64,000 nt of DNA from Candidatus Paracaedibacteraceae bacterium (lineage in GTDB: Bacteria > Pseudomonadota > Alphaproteobacteria > UBA6184). The stretch covers positions 5,839-69,838 of the forward strand of contig JACKLG010000001.1 of NCBI GenBank assembly GCA_024236035.1. Reading direction: 5' to 3'. Shown piece by piece: positions 61,262-64,000 of this stretch; position 1 is the stretch's first letter; every line of letters starts with the position of its first letter. Under the pieces are notes generated by a model. The model ran no database searches and was not told the DNA's origin. It was given only the letters and a program-made list of their open reading frames with translations. Made by a program: the position numbers and the translations under genes.

Positions 61262-62176
61262 ATGAATTTACCATATGTCGTAGCTGCTCTATATAAGTTT
61301 GCTGACTTTCCTGATTATAAAGAGTTTCAGCCAAAGCTGCTGACGTGCTGTAAAAAACATAAAGTATATGGAACGTTATTATTAGCAGAAGAAGGAATCA
61401 ATGGAACTATTGCGGGGCCCAGAGAAGGCATTGATGCCGTTATGCTTCTAATTCGCACCCATCCCGCATTTAAAGAAGGGTTAGAATATAAAGAGTCATT
61501 TGCATCCCAGCAGCCTTTTTTAAGAACAAAAATCCGATTAAAAAAAGAAATTGTCACATTAGGTATTCCAGGTATTAGTCCTGTTAAAACCGTAGGTGAA
61601 TATGTTGAACCCGAAGATTGGAACAACTTAATTCAACAAGACGATGTGGTATTAATTGATTGTCGCAATGATTACGAATACGAAATTGGCACGTTTAAAG
61701 GAGCAACTAATCCAAACACAGAAACCTTTAGAGAATTTCCTGACTATATCAAAAAAAATTTCACCCCAGAAAAGCATAAAAAAATTGCAACATTCTGTAC
61801 TGGTGGAATTCGCTGTGAAAAATCAACGTCATTATTAAAAGAAATGGGGTTTGAAGAAGTTTACCATTTAAAAGGGGGGATTTTAAAATATTTAGAAACA
61901 GTCCCCCAAGAAACCAGTTTATGGAAAGGTGAATGCTTTGTATTTGATAACCGTGTAGCCGTTACTCATGGAGTGGAAGAAGGCCAGTATGACCAATGTT
62001 ACGGCTGTCGTTACCCCGTATCAGACGAACAAAAACAACATCCACATTATAAAGAAGGTGTACATTGCCACCGGTGTTATGACAAGCGATCAGCCGACCA
62101 ACATCGAATAGCAGAAACACGTCATCGCCAAGTACAAATAGCAAAAGAAAAAGGTATTAAACATTTAGGCCGATGA
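61262..62176 (+). CDS. trhO: Rhodanese-domain tRNA uridine(34) hydroxylase TrhO (YceA)
   Basis: [41 protein letters not shown]. Confidence 0.92.
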   Translation: MNLPYVVAALYKFADFPDYKEFQPKLLTCCKKHKVYGTLLLAEEGINGTIAGPREGIDAVMLLIRTHPAFKEGLEYKESFASQQPFLRTKIRLKKEIVTLGIPGISPVKTVGEYVEPEDWNNLIQQDDVVLIDCRNDYEYEIGTFKGATNPNTETFREFPDYIKKNFTPEKHKKIATFCTGGIRCEKSTSLLKEMGFEEVYHLKGGILKYLETVPQETSLWKGECFVFDNRVAVTHGVEEGQYDQCYGCRYPVSDEQKQHPHYKEGVHCHRCYDKRSADQHRIAETRHRQVQIAKEKGIKHLGR

Positions 62177-62667
62177 ACTAATCGGCCACAAGCCACTGAG
62201 TTTCAAAAAAGGTTGATTTGTTTAGAAGCACTTTCTAACTGATCCATCACCTTAAGTTGCTAAGTCCGTATCGTCTCTGTGTTCGCATTTCCCATCGTTT
62301 CTACAAAATAACTCTGTGTCCACATATCAGTATAATATTAAAAACTCACGTACCGCTAGACTCTTTATGATCTGCATAATATCTGAAGGGGGATACCCCA
62401 AGCTCTGATTGAACAATTATATGTATATGGTCTTCTGGTATTTCCAGCTCCACTATTTCTATATTGTAATCATAGCCTATGCTCCCGATATGGTTCTTCA
62501 AATACTTTTTTCCGACAGTCGATATTCATACTAAGTGACACATAATCCCAAATACATGATGGCTATGTCCTTGTGTCTTCATGTTGAAAATCCCATAATG
62601 TACTTCTGTATATTATATGCTTTCCATCTCCGCCGCACGCCACTGAGTCTTGCGCTGTGAGCTATAA
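62176..62667 (-). mobile_element. tnpA: Degenerate IS200/IS605-family element (tnpA pseudogene), copy 2
   Basis: Homologous to 37496..37962. Fragments IEIVELEIPEDHIHII and WTQSYFVETMGN. Frameshifted. Confidence 0.88.
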
Positions 62668-62684
62668 ACAAAATTCCAGGAAAT

Positions 62685-62715
62685 AAAAAAAAGCCCCTGA
62701 AAAGGGGCTTTTTTT
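62685..62715. terminator. Bidirectional intrinsic terminator
   Basis: A8-GCCCCT-GAAA-AGGGGC-T7. Confidence 0.88.
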
Positions 62716-62728
62716 AAGGTTAATTTAA

Positions 62729-64000
62729 TTATCTGTCTAAGCTTACGTTGAACGCAGCAGAAGAACCTGCAAGTGTGTCTAAACCTAAGTTAGTACTGAA
62801 TGTTACACCACTGTTTAAGTTCAGGCTTGCTGACCATTCTACAGAACCACGCACACTTCCTGCGTTACCAAGGTAACGAGAACCTGCATTCCAATCATCA
62901 TGTGTACCATATCCAACTTTCGCTAATAAACGAGTATTTAATGAATATGTATCTGCCGAAAGACCAGCGATATCTGCATCTAAACCAACAAATGCAGCCG
63001 TATCATTTAAACTTACAACGCTATCACGATTTAACTGACGATGTGACAATTGTACAAATGGTGACACAAACGCTGCATCATATCCCACAGTGAACTGGCT
63101 ACGCACACCAGACCAATCAGCATGATGCACATCAGCTGCTGATACAGAACCAATCTGAGCTTCTGCGAAGTAATTACCAAAACTTTGAGACGCTATTACA
63201 GATGTTTCCAACTGACGTCCATCAATACCAAATCCTTCACCGCTGTTGGCATAAGATTGCATCGCACCAATTACTGTATTGCCTAAGCGATATGCTACAG
63301 AACCTGTTGTTGCTTCCGTTGCTTTTGCACTATCCACCGAACCTTTTAACTGTACGAACACTGGCAAACCTAATTGAGCTGACTTACCAGCCACACCATT
63401 TACGCTAAATGGTGTACCATCAATCAAACCATATGAAGAAGTACGCGCTTGGCGGAAAGACTGCTGAGAAGAAAGATCACGCATACCAGCAGATAAAGAC
63501 AAAGCAGCCCCACCAGCATCCACACCAACTTCAGCTAAACCTATTTCCATTGCTTTAATAAGAATGGCCTTTACATAAGTTTTCTTTTGCGCATCGTTAA
63601 CTCCAGCTGGAAACATAGACTGAATATCAGTTCTTAATGCGATAGCATCGACAAAACCATCATAACTACCATTTACAATATCTTTAAAATTAATTTGTGC
63701 TGCAACAAGGTTTTTTAGTGATTCCAAATTGACGGGTGTAACATCTGAAAGCCACACATATCCAGTAGCAGTTTTTAACTGTGATACGGATTTAGTAACC
63801 AAATTTTTTAAATAATTGGAATTTTTAGAAATACGATCGATTAACGCTTCTCTTTGAGCAGTTAAAAGCATCGCATCAGCCTGTTTATCTAATGCATCTG
63901 CTCCAGCCTCAAGCACTGCAGCGCTTCCATCATCAGTGGCATCGTGCGCCTGACGAGCAGCATCTCTAAGTTCTTGAGCTCTCTTCTTAACTTCCACCGC
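62729..64000 (-). CDS. Autotransporter-like barrel family paralog D (5'-truncated by window edge)
   Basis: Diverged copy of the same barrel (GLPVFVQL, GSVAYRLGNTVIGA, WSASLNLNSGV). Frame is open to the window end. Confidence 0.82.
   Translation of the reverse strand, partial: AVEVKKRAQELRDAARQAHDATDDGSAAVLEAGADALDKQADAMLLTAQREALIDRISKNSNYLKNLVTKSVSQLKTATGYVWLSDVTPVNLESLKNLVAAQINFKDIVNGSYDGFVDAIALRTDIQSMFPAGVNDAQKKTYVKAILIKAMEIGLAEVGVDAGGAALSLSAGMRDLSSQQSFRQARTSSYGLIDGTPFSVNGVAGKSAQLGLPVFVQLKGSVDSAKATEATTGSVAYRLGNTVIGAMQSYANSGEGFGIDGRQLETSVIASQSFGNYFAEAQIGSVSAADVHHADWSGVRSQFTVGYDAAFVSPFVQLSHRQLNRDSVVSLNDTAAFVGLDADIAGLSADTYSLNTRLLAKVGYGTHDDWNAGSRYLGNAGSVRGSVEWSASLNLNSGVTFSTNLGLDTLAGSSAAFNVSLDR

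Noticed and set aside
1-64000. CRISPR array, rRNA or prophage
   Set aside because: I saw no regularly spaced short repeats, cas genes, rRNA-like sequence or phage genes.

Overview
AT-rich chromosomal window from an alphaproteobacterium. The gene set and style (mipZ, glyQS, dusB-ntrY-ntrX-trkA, large NAD-GDH, many orphan Sec-signal proteins) suggest a host-associated Holosporales/Rickettsiales-like lineage; this is inference. Housekeeping genes: eno (partial), glyQ, glyS, tRNA-Gly(GCC), gdh, dusB, ntrY, ntrX, trkA, uvrA, tgt, tRNA-Arg(CCG), ispB, hslUV, dnaJK, infC, thrS, mipZ, rluC-like, rlmN, xseA and trhO. Accessory content: (1) four paralogous autotransporter-like genes with unrelated passengers on a shared 12-strand-like C-terminal barrel; the three complete tandem copies have lipoboxes and near-identical, mosaic barrel DNA. 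(2) An 11.5-kb minus-strand island with an OMP plus six signal-peptide coiled-coil proteins carrying eukaryote-type motifs, including a paralog pair ending in either a CaaX box (KGCCCVVM) or a tail-anchor helix, and a duplicated pair with sigma32-type promoters. (3) A stand-alone Fis-sized NtrC C-terminal domain in place of ntrBC. (4) An unassigned, promoter-associated, multi-hairpin RNA candidate between trkA and uvrA. (5) A bufferin-type MNIO RiPP operon. (6) Two degenerate IS200-type elements. All calls come from motif recognition and by-eye alignment; no searches were run.
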